DNA from: Octopus vulgaris
Lineage: Eukaryota
Length of the DNA stretch: 64,000 nucleotides
Direction: 5' to 3'
Assembly: GCA_951406725.2 (NCBI GenBank)
Contig: OX597827.1
Span: 3,534,001 to 3,598,000 of the forward strand
The notes beneath the pieces were generated by a model that did not search any database, was not told the origin of the DNA, and worked only from the letters and a program-made list of their open reading frames with translations. This document shows, in pieces, positions 27,726-41,369 of this stretch (the stretch's first letter is position 1; the number at the start of each line of letters is the position of its first letter). The translations under genes were made by a program, and so were the position numbers.

Positions 27726-28665
27726 AAACAGTTTCTTTCTTTGTCTATTCACAAACACACACACTCACAGAAGCCTATGCCTTTATGCAATACATTTCAC
27801 CAGAAGTTTTTGATTCATGTCCAGTAAATTATTCTGTATCCTTGTATTAACCATATCACTGAAGCATGGACAGGCTAGATTGTTATGGAAAAGAGTCACA
27901 TAATACCAGAATAAAGGCAAAAACCATCAAATGTTGATATTTTTATAATTTCAATGCATTTAATATATGTGTTTCTGATAGTTTTTTAAGATAATTCTTA
28001 TATAGTGCAATCTTCGTCAGTTAAACATTTCAAAATATAAGTGACTGACAAAATTTTGCCCTATATTTATCAATTATCAGGATGGTCTCTAGAGAACCCT
28101 AGTTTAAGCAGAGAGAAAGAAGGAAGTTCAGAAATAGTAGACTTAGGGGGACAGAGAGGAGAGGAAGGGGATAGGTTAACAAAGAAATGTGAAGAGGCGG
28201 AAGTCAAGTTAAAAATATATAAATGCATGATTAAACACAATCATGACTATTAATGGCAAAGAATGGAGGAGGAATAGGAGGAGGAGGATGTCAACAATAG
28301 CAAAAAAGTAGAAGCTGATGAAATAAGAAAGGAAGGAAGAAAAAGATGATGGAGGAGGGGGATAGGGAGGGGACAGATTAAAATAAAAAGTGAAGAGAAA
28401 AATCAAAACAAACCAGAGACAGTAAAAGATTTGGCTCCTTGGTGTGTGTGTGTGGGGGGGGTCAGGACAAAGAAAAACGGAAAAGAAGAATGAGGCACCA
28501 GATATAAAATTAATAGCTGCAATAATGTTTAACAAAAAATATTCCAAAGGGGAAATGAGGAAAGGTTAAATGGTACAAGACATGTCAATTGGTTTGTGTT
28601 TGACCATGTGTGTAGATCCAGTGACTTGCTGCCAAGAAAAAGCAAAGAAATAATGATCATACACA

Positions 28666-28993
28666 TACTCTTTTACTTGCTTCAGTCATTTGACTGCGGC
28701 CATGCTGGAGCACCGCCTTTAGTTGAGCAAATCGACCCCGGGACTTATTCTTTGTAAGCCCAGTACTTATTCTATCAGTCTCTTTTGCTGAACCGCTAAG
28801 TGACAGGGATGTAAACACCAGCATCGGTTGTCAAGCAATGTTGGGGGGACAAACACAGACACACAAACACATACACAAATATACATATATATATACATAC
28901 ATATATACGACAGGCTTCTTTCAGTTTCCGTCTACCAAATTCACTCACAAGGCATTGGTCGGCCCGGGGCTATAGCAGAAGACACTTGCCCAA
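28666..28993 (-). mobile_element. SINE family A, head replaced by satellite
   Basis: Body is intact up to GACACTTGCCCAA, then switches abruptly to satellite. Confidence 0.9.
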
Positions 28994-30431
28994 AAATTTT
29001 TTGAAAATTTTCCCCAAAAATATTTTTGAAAATTTTTTTGAAAATTTTTTTGAAAATTTTCCGCAAAAATTTTTTTGAAAATTTTCCCCGAAAATTTTTT
29101 TGAAAATTTTCCCCGAAAATATTTTTGAAAATTTTCCCCGAAAATTTTTTTGAAAATTTTCCGCAAAAATTTTATTGAAAATTTTCCCCGAAAATATTTT
29201 TGAAAATTTTCCCGAAAATTTTTTTGAAAATTTTCCGCAAAAATTTTATTGAAAATTTTCCCGAAAATTTTCTTGAAAATTTTCCCGAAAATATTTTTGA
29301 AAATTTTCCCGAAAATTTTTTTGAAAATTTTCCGCAAAAATTTTTTGAAAATTTTCCCCGAAAATTTTCTTGAAAATTTTCCCGAAAATATTTTTGAAAA
29401 TTTTCCCGAAAATTTTTTTGAAAATTTTCCGCAAAAATTTTATTGAAAATTTTCCCCGAAAATTTTCTTGAAAATTTTCCCTGAAAATTTTCCCTGAAAA
29501 TTTTCTCCGAAAATTTTTTGAAAATTTTCCGCGAAAATTTTTTTGAAAATTCTCCGCGAAAATTTTTTTGAAAATTTTCCGCAAAAATTTTTTGGGAAAA
29601 TTTTCCGCAAAAATTTTTTTGAAAATTTTCCCGCAAAAATTTTTTTGAAAATTTTCCCCGAAAATTTTCTTGAAAATTTTCTCCGAAAATTTTTTTGAAA
29701 ATTTTCCTCAAAAATTTTTTTGAAAATTTTCCGCAAAAATTTTTTTGAAAATTTTCCACAAAACTTTTTTGAAAATTTTCCCCAAAACTTTTTTTGAAAA
29801 TTTTCCCAAAAATTTTTTTTAAATTTTCCCCAAAAATTTTTTGAAAATTTTCCCCAAAAATTTTTTCAAAATTTTCTCCAAAAATCTTTTGAAAATTTTT
29901 TTTGAAAATTTTTCCGCAAAAATTTTTTTGAAAATTTTCCCCGAAAATTTTCTTGAAAATTTTCCCTGAAAATTTTTTTGAAAATTTTCCGCGAAAATTT
30001 TTTTGAAAATTCTCTGCGAAAATTTTTTTGAAAATTTTCCGCAAAATTTTTTGGGAAAATTTTCCGCAAAAATTTTTTTGAAAATTTTCCCCGAAAATTT
30101 TCTTGAAAATTTTTCTCCGAAAATTTTTTTGAAAATTTTCCTCAAAAATTTTTTTGAAAATTTTCCGCAAAACTTTTTTGAAAATTTTCCCCAAAACTTT
30201 TTTTGAAAATTTTCCCCAAAAATTTTTTTTTAATTTTCCCCAAAAATTTTTTGAAAATTTTCCCCAAAAATATTTTTCAAAATTTTCTCCAAAAATCTTT
30301 TGAAAATTTTCTCCAAAAATTTTTTTTTATTTTCCCCAAAAATTTTTTGAAAATTTTCCCCAAAAATTTTTTTGAAAATTTTCCCCAAAAATTTTTTGAA
30401 AATTTTCTCCAAAAATCTTTTGAAAATTTTC
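28989..30431. repeat. A/T-tract satellite, ~12-bp monomer GAAAATTTT(Y)n and ~24-25-bp dimer
   Basis: Alternating GAAAATTTTTTT and GAAAATTTTCC(C/G)C units over 1.44 kb. Confidence 0.95.
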
Positions 30432-30432
30432 A

Positions 30433-30735
30433 AACTGGTACTTATTTCATTGACCCCGAAAGGATGAAAGGAAAAGTCACCCACAGCAGAATTTGAACTC
30501 AGAACATAGAGGCAGATGAAATGCTGTTAATCCTTTTGTTAAATGTAATAACGATTCTGTCAGCCCACCGCCTTTTTAATAATAATAATCCCTTCTACTG
30601 TAGGCACAAGGCCTGAAATTGGGGTTGGGTAGTTCACTACATCAACTCCAGTACTTGACTGGTACTTAATTTATCAACCCCGAAAGGATGAAAGGTAAAG
30701 TCAACCTCGGCAGAATTTGAACTCAGAACATAAAG
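30433..30735 (-). mobile_element. two tandem SINE family B fragments
   Basis: ACTGGTACTTA...CCCCGAAAGGATGAAAGG...GAATTTGAACTCAG appears twice. Confidence 0.8.
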
Positions 30736-31264
30736 ATATTTCCTAGTTCCAGTATAGGTTGAATAACTCTCAGAGTTATTCAAAATATCATTGCAGTGAG
30801 AACAACAGTCTGAGAGTTATCTATACTTGTTAGTTGTCTATCAGCAGTAGTTATATTGAACAAAAGCCATTTATATTTACAGTGGCATATGTAGCCAGTC
30901 CAGTTACAGTACTTTGGGATTTAATGGATTCAATAGGATTGTAGCAATTAGTACACACACACATTAATATACAATGAGCTTCTTTCAGTTTTTATTCACT
31001 AAACCTACCCACAAGGCTCTGGTCAGCCTGAGGCTACAGTAGAAGAGGCCCAGGATGCCACATGGTGGGACTGAACCCAAAACTGTGCAGTTGAGAAGCA
31101 AATTTCTTAAAACACAACAATGCCTGAACATGCGCACACACATACACACACAAACACACACACAGGTATACATGTATATAATTCAGTTTGAGATTGGGGA
31201 ATCCTGAAGCAGCTACAGCTATAAATAATAGGATGTAAATATTGGATATATATAAATACATATA

Positions 31265-31345
31265 CATGGGTTGGACAACATAAAACACCACTTTTTATTT
31301 AACTTTTTTTTCTATTGACAATATGCTAAATTCAAAATGTTTTAG

Positions 31346-31387
<42 letters not shown>

Positions 31388-32476
31388 CATGCACATGCAT
31401 GTGTGTATGTGTGTGTGCTCATATGCATTATGTATAATTTGTACTTCTTGATACAGCACTTTGCTTTTTGCAAATATTTGTATTTAAATAAGTTACAATT
31501 TGTGACCTACCTAGTTTCTAAAGAAGACAAATTGTTTCAGTACTAATGCCTGGATCTTCAGTTACTAAAACTGCTGAATTGTTTAATGATTCAAGAGGTG
31601 CAGGCTCTAAAATCATGTTGGCATTCCAAAAGCCAATTAAAACCAGCTTCTGGATAGAAGGCAAAACTCATAGAGAAGAACCACAGAATAGCGAAGCATT
31701 CTTCTTAAAAATCATTGCACTACAGCAGCACAAGTGACAGTAAAGTTAACAAAAACAATTTGTCATAAGCTCCGTAAAGATACCATTGGAGGGCTACAAT
31801 TGCTAAACCTCTCTTGTACCCAATAAGCATTGGTGATCAGAAAAAAATGGTGTCTAGAGCATCAGAAATGGCCAATGGCTCAATGGAACAATATAATTTC
31901 TGATGAAATGGGAAAAAGGGTGAATGATGATTCACGGCAAGTTTATATCTCAAGACAGCCCAAAGAAGCCTTCAACTCTGACTGTTTGGCACCTCACATG
32001 AAGCATGAAGAATACTTTGTGATGATTTGGGAAGGCATATCACAGAACACTCTTGAACTTCCATTTGTTCTACCTGATAGAGTTAACACCAAAGATTTTT
32101 TTTTTTTTTTTGGCTGGTTAAATTCATCCTGTGGTACAAACATTGTTCCCTGCTAATAGTATAATCTAAATACACCACATTGCATGCTTGATGTAACTAA
32201 AAATTGGCAAAAAGAGCACAAAAGTGAAGTACGCCACTAAGATGTGTCCTCTGCCCCATAACTACTGATCTCCATATAATCAAACATTTATGGTGCATTT
32301 GGAAGCAGCAAACCTGGAGCTGGTTCCTTCAATTAGAGCTAGTCAAAGTGGTAACGCAGGTTTTACTTGAAAAAAAAAATGGCTTCAAAATTCCCCTAAC
32401 AATTATTCAAAACTTGTACACGTCAATTCCAGACTTTCACATTACAAGATGTTTCCATTATTTTGTCCAACCCATG
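31265..32476 (+). mobile_element. Tc1-like DNA transposon remnant
   Basis: TIRs CATGGGTTGGACAA / TTGTCCAACCCATG; degenerate WCLEHQKW...IISDE and HMKH..VMIW motifs. Confidence 0.8.
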
Positions 32477-34511
32477 CATATATCTATATAAATGTGTATG
32501 TGTGTGTATATTTATAATATATGTGTGTATATATACAGTATATTCATACATATGTTTATATATTTATGTGTGAGTGTGAGAGACATAAACAGACCTTAAG
32601 CGGAGCCCGTAGTTGCTTTAAAAATCATGATAAAATACCAAAAATGAAACATTGAAAATACTGGTAAAGAATGCAGAGAACAGCAAACGTATTGCAATAA
32701 AATATAAAGTGGAATGGTTAGAAACAATGTATGAAGGTCTAAAAGACATTAGCAATGATTACGTATTGATTTATGTTTGGTATTGCATGTAATATTTGGG
32801 TTTTGTCACTGAGTTTTATAATGAAAATATCAAATTATTTTAAACTGTGCACAAAGTGTCAAATGAAATAGTGGAGTGTGAGATGGCGTATTTATTTAGT
32901 GATCGCAGAATTATAAATACAGGCATTTGTGACACTAATACTAGGAAGATTACCGCTACTGTCAACAAAGCAGGACAAACAAACCAACTAAACCATACTA
33001 AAGCAAAAGTATAAACTGTATTTGCAAATGGCAACTTAATCAAAATAATTCAGTCACTGCAATTTTGGCCTGTGAAAAAAAACAAACTAAAAAATAAGAG
33101 TGAAAAACAACAGCAAGACATGAAAAATTGTCCCTAATTTTTTTTTTCTTTTTTTCATTGGACACAGCTTGGCTCTCATTGGAATTAGAAGCAATGAAAG
33201 GAGAAATGAAAGAAAAAAATATGAGGGTGGATAAAAAATAAAAATTATATAAGTATATAAAAACAAAAAAAAGGGGCTATATTAATTTCATTTTGAGCAC
33301 AAAGAAAGTCTTGATTCAATTAATAATTGTTTGTATATGCCATTATTACATGCTTCAAGCATTCTTTTATGATTTCTTTATGGAATATTTTCTCTTTCTA
33401 TTTTTTTCATATTTTTATTATTAAACACCTCCCACCCACACTTCTCTCTCTAGCAACCTACCAACTAACCAACAAACAAACCAAATAAAAAAATTACATC
33501 AAAAAGTATGCAGTCCAAAGACAAAAAAAATTCAAGTTTCAGAACCATTTGTATTTTTTTTACTCTGCTTCCTTAAAATTTTCGTTTATTTTTGTTCTTA
33601 AAAATACAATAACTATATTCTATTATTATTATCATCACCATTGTTATTGTTATTATTATTATTATTATTAAGTTGGTGTTGTTCCCCAAGTTTGTGTCTC
33701 GGCATTTTCTATTTGGGATGCTCACAATATTGGAAACACCATCAAAATTTCCTCATTGAAATTCTTTGAAAGAATTCTGCTATTTCTACCAAACCTAATG
33801 CAAAATATTTTTTTTTCTCTTGTTTATTGCAGATCATTTTGTGAACCAATTTTTATACCTGAGATGTTTTCTTAAAAACAAGTAAAGAAATGAATAAATT
33901 ACGTAGATATAATACATGTATATGAATGTGTGAGCGAGAGAGCATTCATATATATGTTTATGTGCATATGCAAAAAGAGAGGAAAAACAGCAATGTTAGA
34001 AGAAATTTGCAAGAGGAAATTGTTAGATGAAAAAAAAAAGACTTAAAAAAATGCCTGACATATGCAGCTGTTTTGGCATTGGTAAAGAAAAGATAATGGC
34101 ATCAAGAGTATATTCTTGAAATTTTGCCTTTAATGAATTTCAAGACATTCCTCATGTGTGTATGTACATTCAAATACAGGAGTATAATAAAAGTACACAT
34201 GTGCTACGGGGGTCTTCTTTCGCATGTGTATGTATGGTGAAATATATACATATATGCATCTACAGGCAATTATCTAAATATATACTTATATACTAGAGCA
34301 TATGAGCAACTATGTCCATATGGTGATCATATGTGTGTGTGTGTATGGATATGTATGTATATATGTGTATATAAAATGAAGTGCATTACACATTCACAAA
34401 CCCATAAGTAAATGCACACGTACAAATATAAACACTCATACACAGATACATAAACATCTCTGCTTGTATATGTGATTTTGTATATACACACACACACACA
34501 TAAGTTACTGT

Positions 34512-34893
34512 GTCTTTTACTTGCTTCAATCATTAGACTACAGCCATGCTAGAGCATCGCCTTGAATGGTTTAGTGAAACAAACTGACCCTTGTACATTT
34601 TTTTTTAAAAAAGAAATCTGGTACTTATTCCCGTGGTCTCCTTTGCTAAGATACTAAGTTACAGGGACACAAACAAACCAACACCAGTTGGCAACAGTAG
34701 GTATTCAAATGCAAGGACATGTGCATGTGTATGTGTGTGTGTGTAGATATACACACACAATGGGGTTCTAAATTCACTAAAAAAGTATTGATCAGCCTGG
34801 GGCTACAAGTAGAAAACACTCATCCTAGGTGCTGTGTCATGAGACTGAACCAGAAACCACATGGTTGCAAAGTGAGTTTCTTAATCACACACA
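34512..34893 (-). mobile_element. SINE family A, diverged
   Basis: Homologous blocks to 225-640. Confidence 0.7.
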
Positions 34894-35215
34894 ATACACA
34901 CCACACACACATGTATACAGATTCCTGTGTGTATACACACACATGAATATGTATATGCTACAAGTTCAAAAAACATTAGAGAAGGGAAAACTACTGAGAT
35001 ATAAAGTACAGGAGAAGGAATAAACTATAACATACATCAACACACCGTGTAATCCAGATGTTCAGGAAACTAGGATTTGTGAGGGCCATATCAGCTATGT
35101 ACTGAAGTGTCATCAGTTGTGAAACAGCAGTGAGAAGTGACAAATTTAGTATGAGTAACTAAGGTGTCAGGGCTCAATTCTCACCCCTCCTCCAGAATAT
35201 ACTAGAAGAGTTTAG

Positions 35216-35400
35216 CGCTTTAGTATTTAATCCAATCGTATCTGGCCCAAATATTCTACCTATTTTATGTTAAAACTGACCAGTTTTCACACCTATCCTA
35301 CAATGTCATTCTAAATGTACACAAACACACTGTTGAAAATCTTGAAGCCACAAGATGATGCATGGCTAATTCAAAACAGAATAAGCTGAATGCAAAAGGG
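35216..35400. mobile_element. TTAA-type (piggyBac-like) MITE, degenerate
   Basis: Ends GCAAAAGGG|TTAA; homologous to 50360-50579. Confidence 0.6.
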
Positions 35401-35994
35401 TTAAGATATCTGTTAGAATTCTTGTGTACTATAAAGCAAGAGTCTTAGCGAATAGAGAAGACAAGACCATGTCACCATCAAAGGAATGAATGTACACAAT
35501 ATACAGAAAAACAGCCAGGGAAAAACTGTATGCAGTGTACTCAGAATAAACCATGAACAAGTTATATAGTGGGACGACAAGCCAGCTAATTAGGAAGGCA
35601 AACATTTTTATCTTTTTTTGGCAGGCGAGAAACAGTGCCCATGACATTTTACATCTACTAATCAGTTAAATATGCAAACCAGACAGAATTCATACTCACA
35701 GAAAAATAAGATAGACAACAGATTGTGAATATGAAGTCCTTCTCTAGTGAAGAGTATAACAGTATATGAAGACTAGTGATCAGTAACTCAGTATATGATA
35801 AAAACTAAGAGACAAGGGACAGCTTTGAAAGGGAGTGTATAGAAGTAGGAAGATCCCTTGGACAGACACATGCCTAAATAAGTACTAGTTGATGAAGAGG
35901 TGAGAATAGAGACTTATTGATACCAATCTGATGTGGGCCACAGACTAGACTTGAAGACAGATTAGAGTTCTAACCAAGCAATGGTCATCCATTC

Positions 35995-36430
35995 ATTAAG
36001 CCTTTCGTTCCTGTAGAGCAGAGGCAATCGATGACTTTTCTCCACTCTCAACTTTGGTCTGTCTTTTCTGCTTTTCTCCAGTCAGATCCCTGCTTTTTTC
36101 AGCTCTGCCTCAGTATCTTCCTTTTGAATTTTCCTGCACAATATCATATGCTTCCCTGAGGAAGGCTGGCTGGTTTTGAACTGTCATCTAAGTTTCCGTA
36201 ACTTTACCTTCTTTACCTTCTTCTAAGTAGGGATGCTGGTCCTACACAAAGCCATTTTTATCTCTAGGAAGAGGTGGCCTAGATTAGTTTATCCTTATCC
36301 TTTGACCTGTCTGGCATAGGAGGCCCTACTAAGAGGAACTTGTACACTGCTGGAATAGATTTCAGAGTATCTGAGCCACACAAGCCGCCAGGTCACAAGG
36401 ACTGGATTTTGAGGTGTCAAGCCAATGTCG
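35995..36430 (-). mobile_element. non-autonomous bipartite RTE derivative
   Basis: Reverse-complement homolog of 50625-51305 (CCTTTGACCTGTCTGGCATAGGAGGCCCTAC; TTTTCTCCACT). Confidence 0.6.
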
Positions 36431-38377
36431 TGGGATCATAAAATAGATTGGACCATAAAAACTAAAAGACCAGCTTGAAAAGATTAGAAGATAAGGCGGA
36501 GTAAGGAACAATATAAAGCAGCTAAAAGAGAAGGTAGATGTCAAGTATATCTAGCAAGAAGAGAAGCTGAAAGGAAGAAATTTGCACATGTTCTGCAACA
36601 TGAAGATCAGAGACATGAGGAGCTCAAGATTACCAAATTGCGTGTTAGTGCAAATAAAAAGAGTATTGGAGAAAAAAGTCGGATAAAGTAGTAGCATGCA
36701 GCAATCTCAGTGGAAGTAATCAGTGAAAGAGGAAAACTGAGGAAGACATAACATCTGATAAAAGTTGAAGTCAAGAAGATGAACTTCATAAAGGGGATGA
36801 CAACAAAGAGAAGCAGCAAATGGCAAGGCGCTGTGCTAGAGAAGACGTGTCCATCACATGCAAGATTGGAAAAAGCAGATGTAAAAATAATGATGATGAT
36901 ACACACACACATATTTATATAAATATCCTACATATGCACATTCATACATGCATGCAACACATATATGCCCATACATATATTTAGCATATCTAACCAGATT
37001 TAATTCTATGGTTATCGAAGTGCTGGGATTAAAAGCCCAACTCACAGAGAGAGAGAACACAGAATCAACACTCAACGGATCATTTTCTTTTTTATTTATT
37101 TTAGAGATTGCAGAATTTCTTCGGCTTCAATAATGATGATATATTGCGGCTGTCTCAATTAAACGAACAATTCTCCCTGAAATCTATAATTTAGAACATT
37201 GATGCCTGCTCAACAATAAATGGCCGACAAAATCTTTAGAGTAGCCGTTCTTTAACTACCAAATACCATCCCCTCCTAAAAAAAGAAAATGACTAGTGAA
37301 ATTTGCCCTTATCTCCCACTTGATTAATAAGACAAATACTTTGCATTCACCACCAGCAACATCAAACAATACCAACACACTAACAAAACCACCAACATAT
37401 GGATACCTTCACATGAGGAACATACATGAAAAATTACATAACCTAAATGCTCTCATCAGTTTTTTAAGATAATGAATTGAAAGAAATATGGCTGGTTTTT
37501 GTTTCTTGGTTGAGCAAGAGTGTAGAGGCATCTGGAGTGCAACAAGATTTCCATACCACAGAAATTGACTGAATATTATATTCTCCTGTCAAAATACAAA
37601 CCTGACTTCCACCAACTTTCCAAATTTAAACAAAAGTGTTGCTGAAATGAGAAAAGATGGACAAACTATAGCACCTTAATTATTAGCTAATCAATGTCAT
37701 TTCACCTCTACACTCAGCTAACAAGAGTTAAGTCCAAAATAAAAGCCAAACAACTCCTTTGCCTTTTTCTGTTCTCTGTTGAAAGTCAAGAGCCCAAACA
37801 TTGCATTCACCAATCCTTCTAAAAACTTGTATTTTTCATCCACAAACACTCTTTTTCATATTAATTGTGACATTATGCTGAGTCACTATGCACATATACT
37901 GAGTCTTTAAACTCAATTTTACTTTTGTGCTTTTATTCACTACTCAGTTTTGCTTAAAGCAGATAACAATCAGTCTGGTGGTTGAGCCATAACAAAATAT
38001 TATATAACCGTCCTTTATAGAAATTAAGCTTGCATCTCATCAAATGTAATCATTACCCCCCACATAGCAGTACTTGTATCAACATTGTAATACATCAAGA
38101 ATTTACAACTCTTCAGATATAACAATATGTTGTACCATAATCAACTGACTGAAGACGCCAAAATGGCTATAATAAAACATGGTATATAATAATGTGACAT
38201 TAATCAGTTCACTTAACGATTTCTGACTTCTTATACTGCTCAGAACTTAACTTCAAATTTATGTCCTCAGATTTAATGACATTCACAAATTTCATGTCGT
38301 CCAAACACTCGATACTTTCTAACATAATAAGAAATAGTTATTCTCTGCAAAGAAGTATTAACAGCCGTCATTTGGGG

Positions 38378-38415
<38 letters not shown>

Positions 38416-38444
38416 ATAGATGATGAATTGGTGGAGTCATTTAA

Positions 38445-38664
38445 CCCTTTCGTTACTGTATTTATTTTGAGATGTTCTGTGTTTCTTTCAATTACTTTAA
38501 ATATAACAAAGAATTTAGTAAAGTAACTTAGTTATCATTAAGCTAGTGTTGGGAACATAATTGTGACTAAGGTTTGGTGGAAGATTTTAATTCAAAACTT
38601 AAGAAAACAAGACATTTGTACTACAGAGCCAGAGGCGGTTTTGGCCGGGTTGGTAACAAAAGGG
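38445..38664. mobile_element. piggyBac-like MITE
   Basis: TTAA|CCCTTTCGTTAC ... GTAACAAAAGGG|TTAA; inserted in an old SINE B copy. Confidence 0.85.
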
Positions 38665-39159
38665 TTAAATATCAAATAAAATGTTTCACAGTATTTGTTC
38701 TGACCCTTTTGTTCTCCAAGTTCAAATCCAACTGACATCAATTTTGCTTTTCATCATTTTCAGGGAGGTGGTCATTACAAAAGTACCAATCCAAGATGAT
38801 GGACTGGTAGAAATGTAAAAATGTCAGACTAGATGCCTTACCATATTTGTTCTGCTTCTTTGCATTCCGAGTTCAAATTCCATTACAGTCTACTTACCTG
38901 GTAGACTTAATCTGTTACCCAGTTTAATACCACCTGGCAACTTGCTGGCAATTAGCAGCATCCACTCATTTTAAACCATCTGAGCTAGATATCCAGTTTG
39001 AGGATATCTTCATAGTTCCTTACCTCCTACCAGCCTGAGAGACCTAGTAAAAGTTATGGGCACTACCTTCCAAACCGAGTATAAGGTTATAGTAATGGTT
39101 TCTAATTAAGGTACACAGCCAGCAATTTTCAAATGGTTGGGGTTAGTCAATAATAATCA

Positions 39160-39660
39160 TCTTTTCTACTCAAGGCACAAGGCCTGAAATTTTGGGGGAA
39201 GGAGCCAGTCGATTAGATTGACCCCAGTATACAACTGGTACTTAATCTATCAACCCTGAAAGGATGAAAGACAAAGATGACTACAGCAGAATTTGAACCC
39301 AGTACGTAAAGACAGACAAAATACTGCTAAGCATTTTGCCCAGCTTGCTAACGTTTCTCCCAGCTCACTGCCTTCAGTTAATAAGAATAAAACTTTCTAC
39401 TGTAGGCACAAGTGAGTTTCTTAACCACACACAGCACACACACACACAAATTCTTGTATGTATACACACATACACATATATACAAATTCTTGTATGTACA
39501 CACACACACACACATGCATATGTATGCGCTATAAGGCCAAAGAGAGGGATAGTTGATTACATCAACTCCAGTACTTGACTGATACCTATTTTATCAACCC
39601 CAAAAGGATAAAAGGCCAAATTGACCCCAGTGGAATTTGAACTCAGAATGTACGACCTTA
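39160..39660 (-). mobile_element. tandem SINE family B copies/fragments
   Basis: Repeated GGTACTTAA...CCCTGAAAGGATGAAAG...GAATTTGAAC blocks. Confidence 0.7.
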
Positions 39661-41369
39661 GCAGCAGTAGTAGTATACCCACACCCACTTACACACATGC
39701 ATGCACACACACACATATATATATAAATAAACATACACACAGAAATTAACTGATATGACGAGACAGAGTGGTTGTGTTCAAAGTTGTGAATATATGCATA
39801 CATTCAATCAAGACATATTTAACATCTATGCTCAAACTGACCACCCCTCCTCACGGTCAGTTTGAGCATTGAGGATTCTCTCTGCAGACTGAGCAGATGA
39901 ACAACTCAGTTAATTTCGTTTATTTTTACAAGCTTATCAGAAGTTTTTGATTCATCAAATTACAGATTGAGAGAAAGAATAGCTCACAGCTATTTATTAA
40001 AATATGACAAACAACTGTGTTTTCTCGTCTACATACCAATACATTCATTAGCATTACACATCAATTAGCCAAAGAATCGTGGATAATTTCATATGAATAC
40101 ATTTTTAATATACATATACAACCTTAATATGTCACATTTTCATTAGTAGTTGTTAGTTATACATGCATACTCTTTCTCTCAGCTGCAATACATTAGTTGA
40201 AATTAAAATTATTCATAAGCTTGTAATGGTTTTTTTCACAGGTAAACTCACAATACAGTTTGAACCAGTATTTTCAAGCAAAGAAAACAAATTTTAAAAT
40301 ATTTTATAGCCTGATCCAGTATTTAGTTTGAATATCTATTTTCATATTGCCAGAAACTTCTTAAATTAATTTCTTTATATTTCCAGATATATATTAAATA
40401 GCATAAGCACTTTAAAATGAACATGATTAAGGTCAATTATTGTTGTAAGAACTTTACAAAACCCATAAAAAATTTAACTCTTAGAGCCTATCCAACAGCG
40501 ATAATATAAGATTCTTCTGCTACTTGTAACTGCATCCTTCCAAGTAATTATTTGTTTATCAGGAACTGTCTCTCAAAATGTTTTGTTTAATATGCTAAAT
40601 TCCACCTCAGCAACAGTTATGCTCCCAGATCTGATACTGACCTAACTGAAAACTATTTCATAAAAGATTTAATCACCATATTCACACATTTATAAAAACC
40701 TGGATGATGATATGACATGGTTTTATCTACTTAAGTCTTTTTTTTTTTAAGAAGCAGAGTCTGTATATTCAAAATGAAACAATTAATTTTTAGTCATACC
40801 AAAGCTTTAAGTACATGATAATTAATATTCAGTTGAATAGATGATAATCTTACATAAAGTGACAACTTAAAGAACAATCAGAAATGTTTAATTTTTAAAG
40901 ACATTTTATGAAGTCTATACTTCATAACTTTATACTCCAAATGATTAAATCAAAGTAACCAAATTCTTCAAATATTATTACAAAAGAATCTCCCGAATTT
41001 TTGATTTGGTCTCCGGTGCTCCATGAAGTAAAAAAGATTGAGAACCACAGCTCTACAGTCTTAAAAACGATGTATCAACTGCAATGGATAATACAGAAGT
41101 AGAAACACGATGCTTGAAAAAATAATAAAAATAAGATGATCACGGTTGGAATATTTTTCATCATAGGTCAGCTTCAGGATGACCAATGAGAACACAATTG
41201 TATAATCACTAGAATTTTATAAAATCTTTGGTTTATATCACTCAGTGAAAGTAACAGTTAAAGTTGTTATTTAAGTTTGCCTTGATAGAGCAGACATTCT
41301 TGTATTCTTTTAATGGTTTCAGTCATAGAACTGTGGCCATGCTAAAATACTGCCTTAATTTAATTTCTT

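Noticed and set aside
29172-30194. 340-aa ORF of amphipathic KIFKKIF-type repeats resembling an antimicrobial peptide polymer
   Set aside because: Several frames are open only because the satellite almost lacks stop codons on that strand; frequent 1-bp indels shift frame between units; no real ATG or signal peptide.
28989-30431. CRISPR-like array or NF-kB/Rel site cluster
   Set aside because: No unique spacers or cas genes and the context is eukaryotic; only a couple of units have the GGG needed for a Rel-like site.
32840-33043. 67-aa hydrophobic ORF
   Set aside because: Non-ATG start, no recognisable motif; expected by chance in T-rich sequence.
40228-40248. Recursive splice site TTTTTTTCACAG|GTAAAC
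   Set aside because: Weak donor and no evidence of a host transcript.
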